Shown piece by piece: positions 45,645 to 55,265 of a DNA stretch of 64,000 nucleotides. A program made the translations under genes and the position numbers. The DNA is from an uncultured Candidatus Saccharibacteria bacterium (GTDB taxonomy: Bacteria; Patescibacteriota; Minisyncoccia; Phycocordibacterales; UBA12088), in contig CAZLUD010000002.1 in the NCBI GenBank assembly GCA_964562615.1, positions 89,300 to 153,299 on the forward strand. Direction: 5' to 3'. How positions within the stretch are numbered: the first letter of the stretch is position 1; every line of letters begins with the position of its first letter. The notes under the pieces are model-generated. The model searched no databases. It was not told where the DNA came from and worked only from the letters and a program-made list of their open reading frames with translations.

Positions 45645-48600
45645 TTAGTAATTATCCCTTCCTCCCTTTTCTAGGCGCACATCAAGTGCAAGCCCTCGCA
45701 AGTGGTTGAGGAGTACATTAAACGCCGCTGGCGCGTGCTGTTGAGTAATACGCTTTCCTTTAACAATTGCATCAAAGGCTGCTGATCTACCTTGTATGTC
45801 ATCAGATTTAATAGTGAGCATTTCTCTGAGTGTGTATGCTGCGCCATATCCAAGAAGTGCCCATACTTCCATCTCTCCAAATCGCTGTCCTCCCCCCTGT
45901 GCCTTTCCTCCAAGTGGCTGTTGCGTGATAAGCGAGTACGGACCAATAGATCGCATGTGTATCTTATCTTCAACCATGTGGTGGAGTTTAAGAATGTACA
46001 TGTAGCCAACTGAAATAGGTTGGTTGAAGGCTTCGCCAGTGCGTCCATCAAAGAGCGTCATTTTTCCGTCTTCACGGTGTCCCGCCTTAACAAGCTCATC
46101 CTTAATTTCTCGTTCAGTCGCACCGGCAAATGGTGGCACTATTGCTTGGTAGCCAAGTGTATTTGCGGCAAGTCCCAAGTGAAGTTCAAGAATCTGTCCG
46201 ATGTTCATACGGCTTGGTACACCAAGCGGAGTAAGGATGACATCTACTGGCTCGCCATTTTCATCGTATGGCATATCTTCTTCAGGAAGAATGCGTGAGA
46301 TAACACCCTTGTTACCGTGTCTACCAGCAAGCTTGTCACCTACTGAGACGTTTCGTAACTGTGCTACGGTAATGATTACCTTTTTAAGGATTCCTGATTC
46401 AAGCTGATCACCTGCTTCTCGTGAGAATACTTTTACCGAGATAACACGTCCTCTCTTTCCTCCCTCAAGACGTAGTGATGAGTCTTTTACATCTTTAGCT
46501 TTTTCTCCAAAGATAGAACGGAGAAGTCGCTCTTCAGGAGAGAGTTGTGTCTCACCCTTTGGTGTTACCTTTCCTACAAGAATATCACCTGATCGAACTT
46601 CTGCACCAATACGAATGATGCCATCCTCATCGAGATTCTTTAGCTTCATTTCACCCACGTTAGGGATGTCATGAGTGGTTACTTCTGGACCAAGCTTGGT
46701 GTCGCGTACTACACATTCAAAATCTTCAATGTGAATAGTTGAGAACTTACTATCCTTTACGAGTCGTTGTGAGAGGATAATCGCGTCTTCGTAGTTAGCA
46801 CCAGACCAACTAAGGAATGCCACGCGTGCATTTTGTCCAAGCGCCAATTCTCCTTGAACGCTTGATGATGCATCTGCAAGCACTTCACCACGAGCTACCT
46901 TTTGACCAACAGAGACAATAGGTCTTTGGTGGAAGTTAGACATTTCATTTGTCTTGTGGAAGTTAACCAATCTAAATTCGGTAGTCTTACCCTTCGTATC
47001 CTTAAAGACAATGTGTCGTGCATCTACCGCCTCGATAACTCCTTCTGCAGGCGCAATAACAAGTCGTCCTGTATCACGAGCGGCAGTTTCTTCTATACCA
47101 GTTGCAACAAGCGGCGCTTCAGGCACCACACATGGGGTAGCCTGCTTCTGCATGTTTGATCCCATGAGCGCTCTGTTTGAGTCGTCATTTTCGAGGAATG
47201 GGATAAGTGAGGTCGCAACTGAGAACGCTTGGTTAGTTGCTACGTCAATATATTCAACCTGATCTCGTGGCACGAGGTGTGGCTCACCACGGTAACGAAC
47301 TTCAACCATGTCCTCGATGATTCTTTCTTTTTCATCAGTACGAGTAGCGGCATGAGCAATATACTTACCCTCTTCTACGTGCGCATTAAGCAAGTCTACC
47401 TCACCGGTAACTACCCCTTTATGTACTTTTACAAATGGCGTTCTGATGATGCCAAATTCATCAATCTGTGCGTAGTTTGCAAGGTGGAGTATAAGACCAA
47501 TGTTTGGACCTTCTGGGGTATGAATTGGACATACTCGTCCGTAGTGACTTGGATGTACGTCACGAACTTCAAAGCCAGCACGCTCTCGAGTAAGACCACC
47601 CGGACCAAGCGCTGAAAGAATACGCAAGTGCTCAAGCTCATTGAGAATGTTTTGCTGCTGCATAAACTGCGAAAGCTGGTTTGCCGTAAAGAATTCTTTT
47701 ACTGATGCAGCAAATGGTCGTGGGTTAAGGAGTTGTATTGGTTGTGATGTCTCAGGCTCAACGGTACTCATTCTGTCCTGTACATTTCTCTTCATGCGCG
47801 ACATACCAACTCGCATTTTTTGCAACATCATTTCACCAACAAATCGAACTCGTCTAAATCCGAGGTGATCAATGTCGTCTTCTAGTGCGCCGGTGGTGTT
47901 ATTGAGCGTGATGATGTTGCTGATGATAGTCACCATGTCGTCAAGCGAGAGGGTGCGGCGAGCAAGCTCTTTATCATCCATCTTTTTGTTAAAACGCTGA
48001 TTGAAACGATATCGTCCAACAGGTGAAAGGTCGTATCGCTCAGTCGCAAAAATAGACGCAACAAACTCCCGCGCATTATCAGGTGTTGCCGGGTCGCCAT
48101 CTCGTAGCTTCTTGTGTATTTCTATATATGCCTCTACTTCATTTGTTGCAGGATCCTTAGCAAGTGATGCATCAATATATGACTTTGCCTCTGGTTGATG
48201 TGCAAAAAGGTCGTAGATTTCTTTTTCTGTCTTAGCACCAAGCGCTCTAAGCAGTGTTGTGATGGCAAATTTTCTCTTTTTGTCGATTTTTACATAAATC
48301 GCTCCATCAGATTCTGATTCAACCTCTATCCATGCGCCTCGAGATGGAATTATCTTTGCGCCGAAGTTTCTCTTTCCCTTGCTCTCATTGATGGTGAAGA
48401 AAATACCAAATGAACGCGCAAGCTGTGGGACAATAGCGCGTTCGACACCGTTAATGACAAAGGTACCGTGGTCGGTCATCACAGGAAAATCTGCGAGGAA
48501 AATTTCCTGCTCTTTGTCGAGTCCGGTTGTCTTATTCTTCAAAAGCACAGTCGCTCGTAGTGGCGCCTGATAGGTAAGCAAATTTTCTTTTGCGTAAAAT

Positions 48601-48824
48601 TCATCAAACTGAGGCTTCCCTACTTCGAACTTTGTAAATTCGAGACGGAATTTCTTTCCACTATAATCCTCAATTGGTGAGAACTCACTAAATAGCTCTT
48701 TTAGCCCTTCTTCAAGAAGGAGCTTGAATGAGCGTAGTTGTGGTTCAACAAGATTCGGCAGGGGCGCTCGCGGTTCTCGGTAGCGCGCAAAATACTTTTT
48801 CTTTAGTCCCTGATTCTCTCGCAT
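45645..48824 (-). CDS. rpoB: RNA polymerase beta subunit
   Basis: TPEGPNIGL, GDKLAGRHGNKG, GGQRFGEMEVWAL. Confidence 0.99.
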   Translation of the reverse strand: MRENQGLKKKYFARYREPRAPLPNLVEPQLRSFKLLLEEGLKELFSEFSPIEDYSGKKFRLEFTKFEVGKPQFDEFYAKENLLTYQAPLRATVLLKNKTTGLDKEQEIFLADFPVMTDHGTFVINGVERAIVPQLARSFGIFFTINESKGKRNFGAKIIPSRGAWIEVESESDGAIYVKIDKKRKFAITTLLRALGAKTEKEIYDLFAHQPEAKSYIDASLAKDPATNEVEAYIEIHKKLRDGDPATPDNAREFVASIFATERYDLSPVGRYRFNQRFNKKMDDKELARRTLSLDDMVTIISNIITLNNTTGALEDDIDHLGFRRVRFVGEMMLQKMRVGMSRMKRNVQDRMSTVEPETSQPIQLLNPRPFAASVKEFFTANQLSQFMQQQNILNELEHLRILSALGPGGLTRERAGFEVRDVHPSHYGRVCPIHTPEGPNIGLILHLANYAQIDEFGIIRTPFVKVHKGVVTGEVDLLNAHVEEGKYIAHAATRTDEKERIIEDMVEVRYRGEPHLVPRDQVEYIDVATNQAFSVATSLIPFLENDDSNRALMGSNMQKQATPCVVPEAPLVATGIEETAARDTGRLVIAPAEGVIEAVDARHIVFKDTKGKTTEFRLVNFHKTNEMSNFHQRPIVSVGQKVARGEVLADASSSVQGELALGQNARVAFLSWSGANYEDAIILSQRLVKDSKFSTIHIEDFECVVRDTKLGPEVTTHDIPNVGEMKLKNLDEDGIIRIGAEVRSGDILVGKVTPKGETQLSPEERLLRSIFGEKAKDVKDSSLRLEGGKRGRVISVKVFSREAGDQLESGILKKVIITVAQLRNVSVGDKLAGRHGNKGVISRILPEEDMPYDENGEPVDVILTPLGVPSRMNIGQILELHLGLAANTLGYQAIVPPFAGATEREIKDELVKAGHREDGKMTLFDGRTGEAFNQPISVGYMYILKLHHMVEDKIHMRSIGPYSLITQQPLGGKAQGGGQRFGEMEVWALLGYGAAYTLREMLTIKSDDIQGRSAAFDAIVKGKRITQQHAPAAFNVLLNHLRGLALDVRLEKGGRDNY

Positions 48825-49050
48825 ATGATATAAGGTGACAGTAATAAATTTCCCTTGTGACGTTAGTAACGAACCTCAGTGTGTTTTTTTAGACTCCACG
48901 GTACCCCAATGCAAATACGCCAAACGCACACCATAATGTGTGCAATTCAAAAACCACTTCTATTAGTGGGCTATAGTATTCAAATGCTTATTAAAAGGCG
49001 TGTAATGTATCGAGCTTGCAACCTAGACTCAATCCACCCGAATTGAGCAT

Positions 49051-49080
49051 ATAGTACCAGAACCATGCCCACGGTGTCAA
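49051..49080 (-). promoter_or_regulatory. Sigma70-type promoter for the rpoBC-dnaG-rpoD region
   Basis: TTGACA-N18-TACTAT (with TG extension) on minus strand, about 225 nt upstream of rpoB. Confidence 0.6.
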
Positions 49081-49083
49081 ATA

Positions 49084-49111
49084 AACAAGCGCCCGGTTAT
49101 GGGCGCTTGTT
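49084..49111 (-). terminator. Intrinsic terminator
   Basis: AACAAGCGCCC-ggttat-GGGCGCTTGTT. Confidence 0.7.
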
Positions 49112-49117
49112 AGTAAT

Positions 49118-49297
49118 CTAAGGTGCTGCAACGAGCCTTGGTCGATGATAGATCAAGGGGTAAAAATGAAGTGCCGCAATGACAATCAATAAACGAGGAA
49201 TGATCTCTACAAAAAATCCGAATTGAAGAAGAGCAAGACAGATTGAGATGGTAGACAACGTTAGAGCGTTGCACCAATCAATTACCTGTTCAGACAT
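49118..49297 (-). CDS. Small membrane protein (59 aa)
   Basis: Below track cutoff; SD AAGGAGGT; MSEQVIDWCNALTLSTISICLALLQFGFFVEIIPRLLIVIAALHFYPLIYHRPRLVAAP. Confidence 0.6.
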   Translation of the reverse strand: MSEQVIDWCNALTLSTISICLALLQFGFFVEIIPRLLIVIAALHFYPLIYHRPRLVAAP

Positions 49298-49333
49298 CTT
49301 AGTACCTCCTTTGGTTTCCGAGAAGATAGTACC

Positions 49334-49558
49334 TCATTTGCTCTTCTTTAGAAAGAGCTTGGTCATATCCGTGAAGAAGAGAACATACACAAGTAGGAAA
49401 AGAGCTATCAATATAATGAGGCCAGCCCAGTAGGTGCCAGATTCTGTGTAGTGGCTTAGACCAAAATATACAGGTGGTGATATCAATGCCCATACAACCA
49501 ACAAAGCAAAGATAAGACCTAGTATCCACTTTCTATACTTCCTCGCGAGCGTAAGCAT
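49334..49558 (-). CDS. Small two-TM membrane protein (74 aa)
   Basis: SD AAGGAG before ATG 49558; two hydrophobic helices. Confidence 0.6.
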   Translation of the reverse strand: MLTLARKYRKWILGLIFALLVVWALISPPVYFGLSHYTESGTYWAGLIILIALFLLVYVLFFTDMTKLFLKKSK

Positions 49559-49615
49559 TGTTTCTCCTTTCAAAGGGTATCGCTCTTTTGAATATATACA
49601 CCTGAGCACTTGTGG

Positions 49616-50263
49616 TCAATCCTTTGTGGCACGCTTCCACTCGTCAATCTTTGCATGATGTCCAGTTTTTAACACCTCAGGAACAGAGTGGTGCTTCTTT
49701 TTCCATACCAACGTCTCTGGGCGTGTATACACATCTCTTGCTGCAACCCGGCGCTCTTCAACTGAGCATGCGTCACCAAGCACCCCTTTAATCCTTCGCG
49801 ATACTGCATCGATAACCACCATAGCAGGAAGCTCTCCACCGGTAAGAGTATACGGACCTATCGACATAGGTGTCGCGTTCATGATTTCTTTTACACGAGC
49901 ATCTATACCTTCATACCTCCCGCACACCAGCACAAGGTGCTTTTTATGAGCAATATATTCGTCTGCAATAGTATTTGAAAACTCTTGTGCGTGTGGTTCA
50001 AACCACACAATCTCAACAGTATCTCGCCGTTTCTTCCCTATCGCCTTTTCAATTGCACGCAACACTGGCTCTGGACGCAGTACCATGCCAGGACCTCCAC
50101 CATACGGCCTATCGTCTATTCGCTTTTTTTTGTTTGGTTCAAAATCCTTTGGATTATAAAAAGAAACGGTTACCTTTTTTTGTGTAATTGCCCGCTTTAA
50201 AATCGACTCATGCAAGTACCCGGAGAATGCCTCTGGAAATAGAGTGATGATATGAAAATGCAT
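49616..50263 (-). CDS. trmD: tRNA (guanine-N1)-methyltransferase TrmD
   Basis: ITLFPE, DDRPYGGGPGM, CGRYEGID.R, SIG.Y.LTGGE, YTRP. Confidence 0.97.
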   Translation of the reverse strand: MHFHIITLFPEAFSGYLHESILKRAITQKKVTVSFYNPKDFEPNKKKRIDDRPYGGGPGMVLRPEPVLRAIEKAIGKKRRDTVEIVWFEPHAQEFSNTIADEYIAHKKHLVLVCGRYEGIDARVKEIMNATPMSIGPYTLTGGELPAMVVIDAVSRRIKGVLGDACSVEERRVAARDVYTRPETLVWKKKHHSVPEVLKTGHHAKIDEWKRATKD

Positions 50264-50311
50264 AATTCGAGAATAGCACAACCTAGTAGGACTTTCACGT
50301 ACTAACCAGTA

Positions 50312-51106
50312 CTATCGCTTTACCCCGGTAATGACATGATATTCTATCTCCTCTCGTAAGGAGCCATTTCCTTCTATTGAAAATAAACGGGTTCGTAGGG
50401 TGCTCAGCAATGTCTCACGTGTTGCGGTATCGAGTTGTCGCAAGCTTTCTAGTGTTTCAAGGTATCCAACCACACTTTGCGTATCCCACTCCCTTCTTCT
50501 TTTATATGTTCGTACCGAGTAGTTAATAAATGCAGATGCGTTAAGAGAGCGCTTGTGTGACTCTGATAACGAAAAAAGATCCATATCATTATGCAAAAGC
50601 CCCACACCAAACTCACGCAACGTATCTCTAATGGCGTGATGCCAAAGGAGGTCATTTTGAAACGGCGCAATCGTCTCATCATTAACAATCGCAATACCAC
50701 CTCCCACCTGTACCATGGCGTACGCTCTATCAAGCACCTTCTCTTGATCCATATGATGAAAACTTCTTCCTAAGGTAACAAGGCGTATAGCACTGTCTTC
50801 AATGGGACAATATTCGGCATCAGCGACTACCCACATAGGCTTTGACAGCGCACCCGTTGGAATCTCGTCACGCGTACGAGCGTACGTAATGCTATCGATA
50901 TCATTATCTAGTCCAATTACCCGCTTTGCATACCGAGTAAAAGGATAGGTAAGATGCCCTACCCCACAACCAAGATCAACATGATTACCTTCATAGACAT
51001 TAAAGGCGCTTGCTAAGTCGGTCACAAGCGCAGTTGGATATGCAGGCCAATAGGTAGCCATAAGTGCATACCGAGAAAGAAGTGGTGAATGTGCATTTGC
51101 TTCCAT
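50312..51106 (-). CDS. Class I SAM-dependent methyltransferase
   Basis: VDLGCGVG motif I, GLD, ADAE, SFH.MD. Confidence 0.88.
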   Translation of the reverse strand: MEANAHSPLLSRYALMATYWPAYPTALVTDLASAFNVYEGNHVDLGCGVGHLTYPFTRYAKRVIGLDNDIDSITYARTRDEIPTGALSKPMWVVADAEYCPIEDSAIRLVTLGRSFHHMDQEKVLDRAYAMVQVGGGIAIVNDETIAPFQNDLLWHHAIRDTLREFGVGLLHNDMDLFSLSESHKRSLNASAFINYSVRTYKRRREWDTQSVVGYLETLESLRQLDTATRETLLSTLRTRLFSIEGNGSLREEIEYHVITGVKR

Positions 51107-51129
51107 ACTGAATAGTGTCGTACTGCAAC

Positions 51130-51175
51130 ACGCAAACAAGCTATGCAAGTATTGTAGCGCATAGCTTGTTTGCGT
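51130..51175. terminator. Long hairpin downstream of khpA
   Basis: ACGCAAACAAGCTATGC...GCATAGCTTGTTTGCGT 17-bp stem. Confidence 0.6.
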
Positions 51176-51190
51176 AGCTATTGACTAAGA

Positions 51191-51499
51191 TTATATTTTG
51201 AGGTCTTCCACTGCTTCATCAACCGTCTTTGGCACCATAGTAGCAACGCGGCCTTCTGGTTCATTTACCTTTAGATTTACGCGTGCGTTATTTTTCATGC
51301 CAACTACCCTTAGGAGGGTGCGTATCGCCTTTGCGGTATTACCCGATCGGCCGATAATCTTTCCCATGTCCTCTGGGTGGACATCAAGTGAGAGTAATAC
51401 TCCCATCTCGTCTACCGTTCGATTGATTCGAACATCACTAGGATGATCGACTAATGCCTTGACGACATACTCTAAAAAATCTTTGTCTTGGAGTTCCAT
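51191..51499 (-). CDS. khpA: KH domain RNA-binding protein KhpA
   Basis: DMGKIIGRSGNTAKAIRTLL; rpsP-khpA-trmD synteny. Confidence 0.9.
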   Translation of the reverse strand: MELQDKDFLEYVVKALVDHPSDVRINRTVDEMGVLLSLDVHPEDMGKIIGRSGNTAKAIRTLLRVVGMKNNARVNLKVNEPEGRVATMVPKTVDEAVEDLKI

Positions 51500-51677
51500 C
51501 TTGGATTCGGTTCAGTCTATTTAGTTCATAATGTCTGACACGTACTCGACTCGTGTCACTCGTGCTCTAAAGAGCAATCGCACGTACTCTTACTGTAACG
51601 CACGAAAAAAATGCAAGCAATATAGGAGCATGTGGAGAAGTAGTTATACAACACAGAACGATGCTCTGTGGTAACGC

Positions 51678-51989
51678 TTAGGCAGCGGGAGTTGCTGGAG
51701 CTTCTTCCTTCTGTGGAGCAGTTTTCTTTGGGAGAACGTTCACTTTCTTTCCCTTGATAACCTGCTGATTGATGAGCATGTTATGGACTGTGCCAGATGG
51801 CTTAGCACCAACACTCATCCAATACTCGATTCTGTCTTTTACTAGCGTAACGGTATCAGTATGAGGATTGTACGAACCAAGAATCTCAAGATTCTTGCCG
51901 CTTGTAGGTGTTTTTTGGTGTTCAGAAACAACCACGCGAAATTCAGCATGGTTCTTCCTCCCGACTCTCTGTAGCCTTATTTTGAGCAT
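51678..51989 (-). CDS. rpsP: 30S ribosomal protein S16
   Basis: MLKIRLQRVGRKN..FRVVV, E.LG.YNP, GA.PS.TV. Confidence 0.96.
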   Translation of the reverse strand: MLKIRLQRVGRKNHAEFRVVVSEHQKTPTSGKNLEILGSYNPHTDTVTLVKDRIEYWMSVGAKPSGTVHNMLINQQVIKGKKVNVLPKKTAPQKEEAPATPAA

Positions 51990-52230
51990 AAGTAAGAGAA
52001 ATCTACCAGAATAAACCTTTAGGGTCAAGGCGTACGGTAGAGGCGCCCTAGTATACACAAAAGAAACACCGCTTCATATAAGCGGGTTTCGATAACGATA
52101 GCGCGTAATGAAGCGGTGAAAGGTAAAGAACAGACAGGCGTAAGATGGGCAGTGAGCCACCTTACGCATTCCCATCTATTAGTACGCTTATCCACCGTCT
52201 AAAGTTACACTTCCTGCTATACTACAGGTA

Positions 52231-54192
52231 ATGCATAAACATAAACCACCCACAACACCCACCCTTTCAGAAAAAAAGTTTTCTGGATTTATTAGCGTAA
52301 ACGGTAAAGGCACTGGATTTTTAAAAGTACCCACCCTCAAAGAAGACATCGTTATCGAGCGAGAGTACCTCAATACCGCACTCCACGGAGACACAGTGAC
52401 TGTTTCCCTACTCCCTCATAGAGCGCGTGATACCCGCACTCGTGGTGAGGTACTATCCGTTGACACACGAGCAAGAACTCGTTTTGTTGGTACTACGCAC
52501 ACAGAGCGTGGTATGTGTTTTGTATCTCTTGGTGACAGAAGGATGTATACCCAGTTTATTCTTTCTGAAGATACTCGAAAGTCAGTCGCGGGAGGACTCA
52601 AGGTGGTAATAGATATGCAAGAGTGGAAGGATCCCCGCTCTATGCCAGTTGCTACCCTTGTTGAAATACTTGGCCCTGCCGGTGAACACGAGACAGAAAT
52701 GCGCGCCGTGGTTATCAATGCTGGGTTTGACTATCACTACCCAGAAGAAGTAGAACAAGAAGCACGATACATCCAAGAAAAAAAGGCCGAGATATTTAAA
52801 GAAGCGCTTAAAACAAGAAGAGACTTTAGAGGCACCACCACATTTACCATAGACCCCTTTGATGCAAAGGACTTTGATGATGCAATATCAGTAAAAGACT
52901 TAGGAGACGGTACCTACGAAATGGGAGTGCATATTGCTGACGTGTCTCATTACGTACTTCAGAATGATGCAATCGACAAAGAAGCCCTTGCGCGAGGTAC
53001 CTCTATCTACCTTGTCGACAGAACTATCCCCATGCTACCTGAAGTCCTCTCTAACGATGTATGCTCTCTCAATCCCAATGAAGACAAACTTACCTTTTCA
53101 GCAGTATTTGTGATGACTCGTGATGGAGAAGTAAAAAGCGAGTGGTTTGGGGAAACGGTCATTCGATCTGATAAGCGGTTTAATTATGAAGAGGCGCAAC
53201 GAATACTCGATGCTGGTAGTGGTACCCTCTTAGAGGAGCTCACCACTATGCAAATAATCGCTCGCGCCCTTAGAGCAAAGCGATACAGGGAGGGGTCTAT
53301 CAACTTTGATACAGACGAAATCCAATTTACTCTTGATCAACAAGGGGCACCAATAAGCGTACGAAGAAAGGTTCGCACAGAGACCATGCTCCATATAGAA
53401 GATTTTATGCTACTTGCTAATAGACGTATCGCTGCATGGATGAGTAATAATCTTGAACGTCTCCCTGATGATCAAAAAATATTCGTGTACCGAATTCATG
53501 ATTCACCAAAAGAAGAGCGCATGGATCAGCTTATGCTATTTTTAAAGGCACTAGGTCATGAACTAAAGGCTCCAAAAGGAGTTATTGGCGCTAATGGAAT
53601 CAATTCACTCCTTAAAAGTATTGAAGGCACTCCCGAAGAGGATTTGGTAAAGACCGCAACCATACGCACCATGGCAAAGGCGATATACTCACTAAAAAAC
53701 ATTGGTCACTTTGGACTTGCCTTCTCTTATTACACACACTTCACCTCACCCATTAGACGATACCCGGATCTTATGGTGCATCGATTAGTAAAGACACATC
53801 TACAAGGCCATAGCGTGCCCGCTGCCGAGTACGCCATATACGAACAACACGCAGCGCATTCATCAGAAAGAGAGGTGGCTGCAGTAGAGGCAGAACGGGA
53901 ATCAGTACGCATGAAGCAGGTGGAGTTTCTTTCTAAACAGATTGGTACTACCTTTGAAGGGGTTGTCTCTGGTGTTACAGAATGGGGAATGTACGTAGAA
54001 GAGTTAAGTACCATGGCTGAAGGTATGGTACGCCTCAGAGATATGAAAGATGACTTCTATATGCTCGGTGAACACGGGTATGAACTCATTGGAGAAAATA
54101 CCGGAAAGAAATACCGACTTGGTGATAAGGTAAAAATTAAGCTCATTGGCACAGATCTTGGAGCTCGAACTATCGATTGGCAATTAGTGTAA
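52231..54192 (+). CDS. rnr: Ribonuclease R
   Basis: TIDP.DAKDFDDA, HIADVS, HFGL...YTHFTSPIRRYPD, C-terminal S1 domain. Confidence 0.95.
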   Translation: MHKHKPPTTPTLSEKKFSGFISVNGKGTGFLKVPTLKEDIVIEREYLNTALHGDTVTVSLLPHRARDTRTRGEVLSVDTRARTRFVGTTHTERGMCFVSLGDRRMYTQFILSEDTRKSVAGGLKVVIDMQEWKDPRSMPVATLVEILGPAGEHETEMRAVVINAGFDYHYPEEVEQEARYIQEKKAEIFKEALKTRRDFRGTTTFTIDPFDAKDFDDAISVKDLGDGTYEMGVHIADVSHYVLQNDAIDKEALARGTSIYLVDRTIPMLPEVLSNDVCSLNPNEDKLTFSAVFVMTRDGEVKSEWFGETVIRSDKRFNYEEAQRILDAGSGTLLEELTTMQIIARALRAKRYREGSINFDTDEIQFTLDQQGAPISVRRKVRTETMLHIEDFMLLANRRIAAWMSNNLERLPDDQKIFVYRIHDSPKEERMDQLMLFLKALGHELKAPKGVIGANGINSLLKSIEGTPEEDLVKTATIRTMAKAIYSLKNIGHFGLAFSYYTHFTSPIRRYPDLMVHRLVKTHLQGHSVPAAEYAIYEQHAAHSSEREVAAVEAERESVRMKQVEFLSKQIGTTFEGVVSGVTEWGMYVEELSTMAEGMVRLRDMKDDFYMLGEHGYELIGENTGKKYRLGDKVKIKLIGTDLGARTIDWQLV

Positions 54193-54241
54193 CCTCATCC
54201 ACTACCTCGGGTAGTAGTAACAGGAAGCAAAGGAAGCGCTC

Positions 54242-54409
54242 ATGTCTGAATCCGACACACCAAAAAAGCTACCAGCTCCTCACACAGTAGTGAGGATACC
54301 AGTAGGGCCTACCCCACTGTATGGAAGAGAAAAAGGAAGAAAAAAGATTAATATGTACGGCGATAGAATACCAATTACGGACACATCAAAATACGGTCTT
54401 TTGAACTAG
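54242..54409 (+). CDS. Small basic hypothetical protein (55 aa)
   Basis: AGGAAG upstream; terminator immediately after stop; MSESDTPKKLPAPH...YGLLN. Confidence 0.4.
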   Translation: MSESDTPKKLPAPHTVVRIPVGPTPLYGREKGRKKINMYGDRIPITDTSKYGLLN

Positions 54410-54413
54410 AGGC

Positions 54414-54485
54414 AAAAATCAGGCGCTTACGCGCCTGATTTTTAAAAGAAACTAGCCCATCACATACAGAAGTGGTGGGCTAGTT
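54414..54485. terminator. Two tandem hairpins between convergent genes
   Basis: AAAAATCAGGCGC-ttac-GCGCCTGATTTTT and AACTAGCCCATCAC...GTGGTGGGCTAGTT. Confidence 0.7.
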
Positions 54486-54491
54486 AAGGAC

Positions 54492-55199
54492 TCACGTTAA
54501 AGCTGAATCAATCTCGGCAATTATTTTTAAGATTACTTGAGCGATATCACCCGACTCAGTGATAGGTCGTCCAACAATCAGCCTTGTGGCGCCTTGCTGA
54601 ATCGCCTTGAGGGGACTCATTGTTCTTGTGTGACCAGATAAACCAGAATACCATAATGGTCTTATCCCTGGACAAACAATTTCAAGATCATCGCCAAAAT
54701 GTTTTCTTAGGTGTGCAACATCATGCGGTAACGCAATTATGCCATCCGCACCCCTACGTAAGGCTCTTTCAGAGAGCCTTACTACGGTAGTGTGATGCTT
54801 TGTTTTGTATACCTCTCTTACATCGCTGTCCGCCATATCAGTAAGTACTGATACCGCAAGAACAATAGTATCCTTACCAACAATTTCTTTGATAACCGTA
54901 ATATCATCTAGTGAACTCATTACGGTCAGAAAACGAGGTTTGTATAACTCAATAGCTCGCGCATATCTCATTATTGTATCTCTTGTATCCACAAACTTGA
55001 GATCAGCAAAGACAGGGCAGTGGTTTTGAACAGCCTCGATAATAGAGTAGCCACAAGCATGGATAGCGGTATTTAGCTTAACCACAACTCCGTACGCTGA
55101 TAACAAGCGAGCAGTGGCTAGAACCTCGCTGTATAGATGTAAATCATTTGCCTCACTTGAGTCTAAAGCTACGATAAGCCGTTCGTTAGCACTCAGCAC
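54492..55199 (-). CDS. pyrF: Orotidine 5'-phosphate decarboxylase (divergent)
   Basis: RLIVALD, K, FADLK..D (DxKxxD), V.VLT, PGIR, VGRPIT; start uncertain (GTG 55199). Confidence 0.82.
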   Translation of the reverse strand: MLSANERLIVALDSSEANDLHLYSEVLATARLLSAYGVVVKLNTAIHACGYSIIEAVQNHCPVFADLKFVDTRDTIMRYARAIELYKPRFLTVMSSLDDITVIKEIVGKDTIVLAVSVLTDMADSDVREVYKTKHHTTVVRLSERALRRGADGIIALPHDVAHLRKHFGDDLEIVCPGIRPLWYSGLSGHTRTMSPLKAIQQGATRLIVGRPITESGDIAQVILKIIAEIDSALT

Positions 55200-55265
55200 G
55201 ACACCATTCTCCCAGTTGATTGGACTTGAGAGAGAATATACAACTACCACGTAATAGGCAAGACC

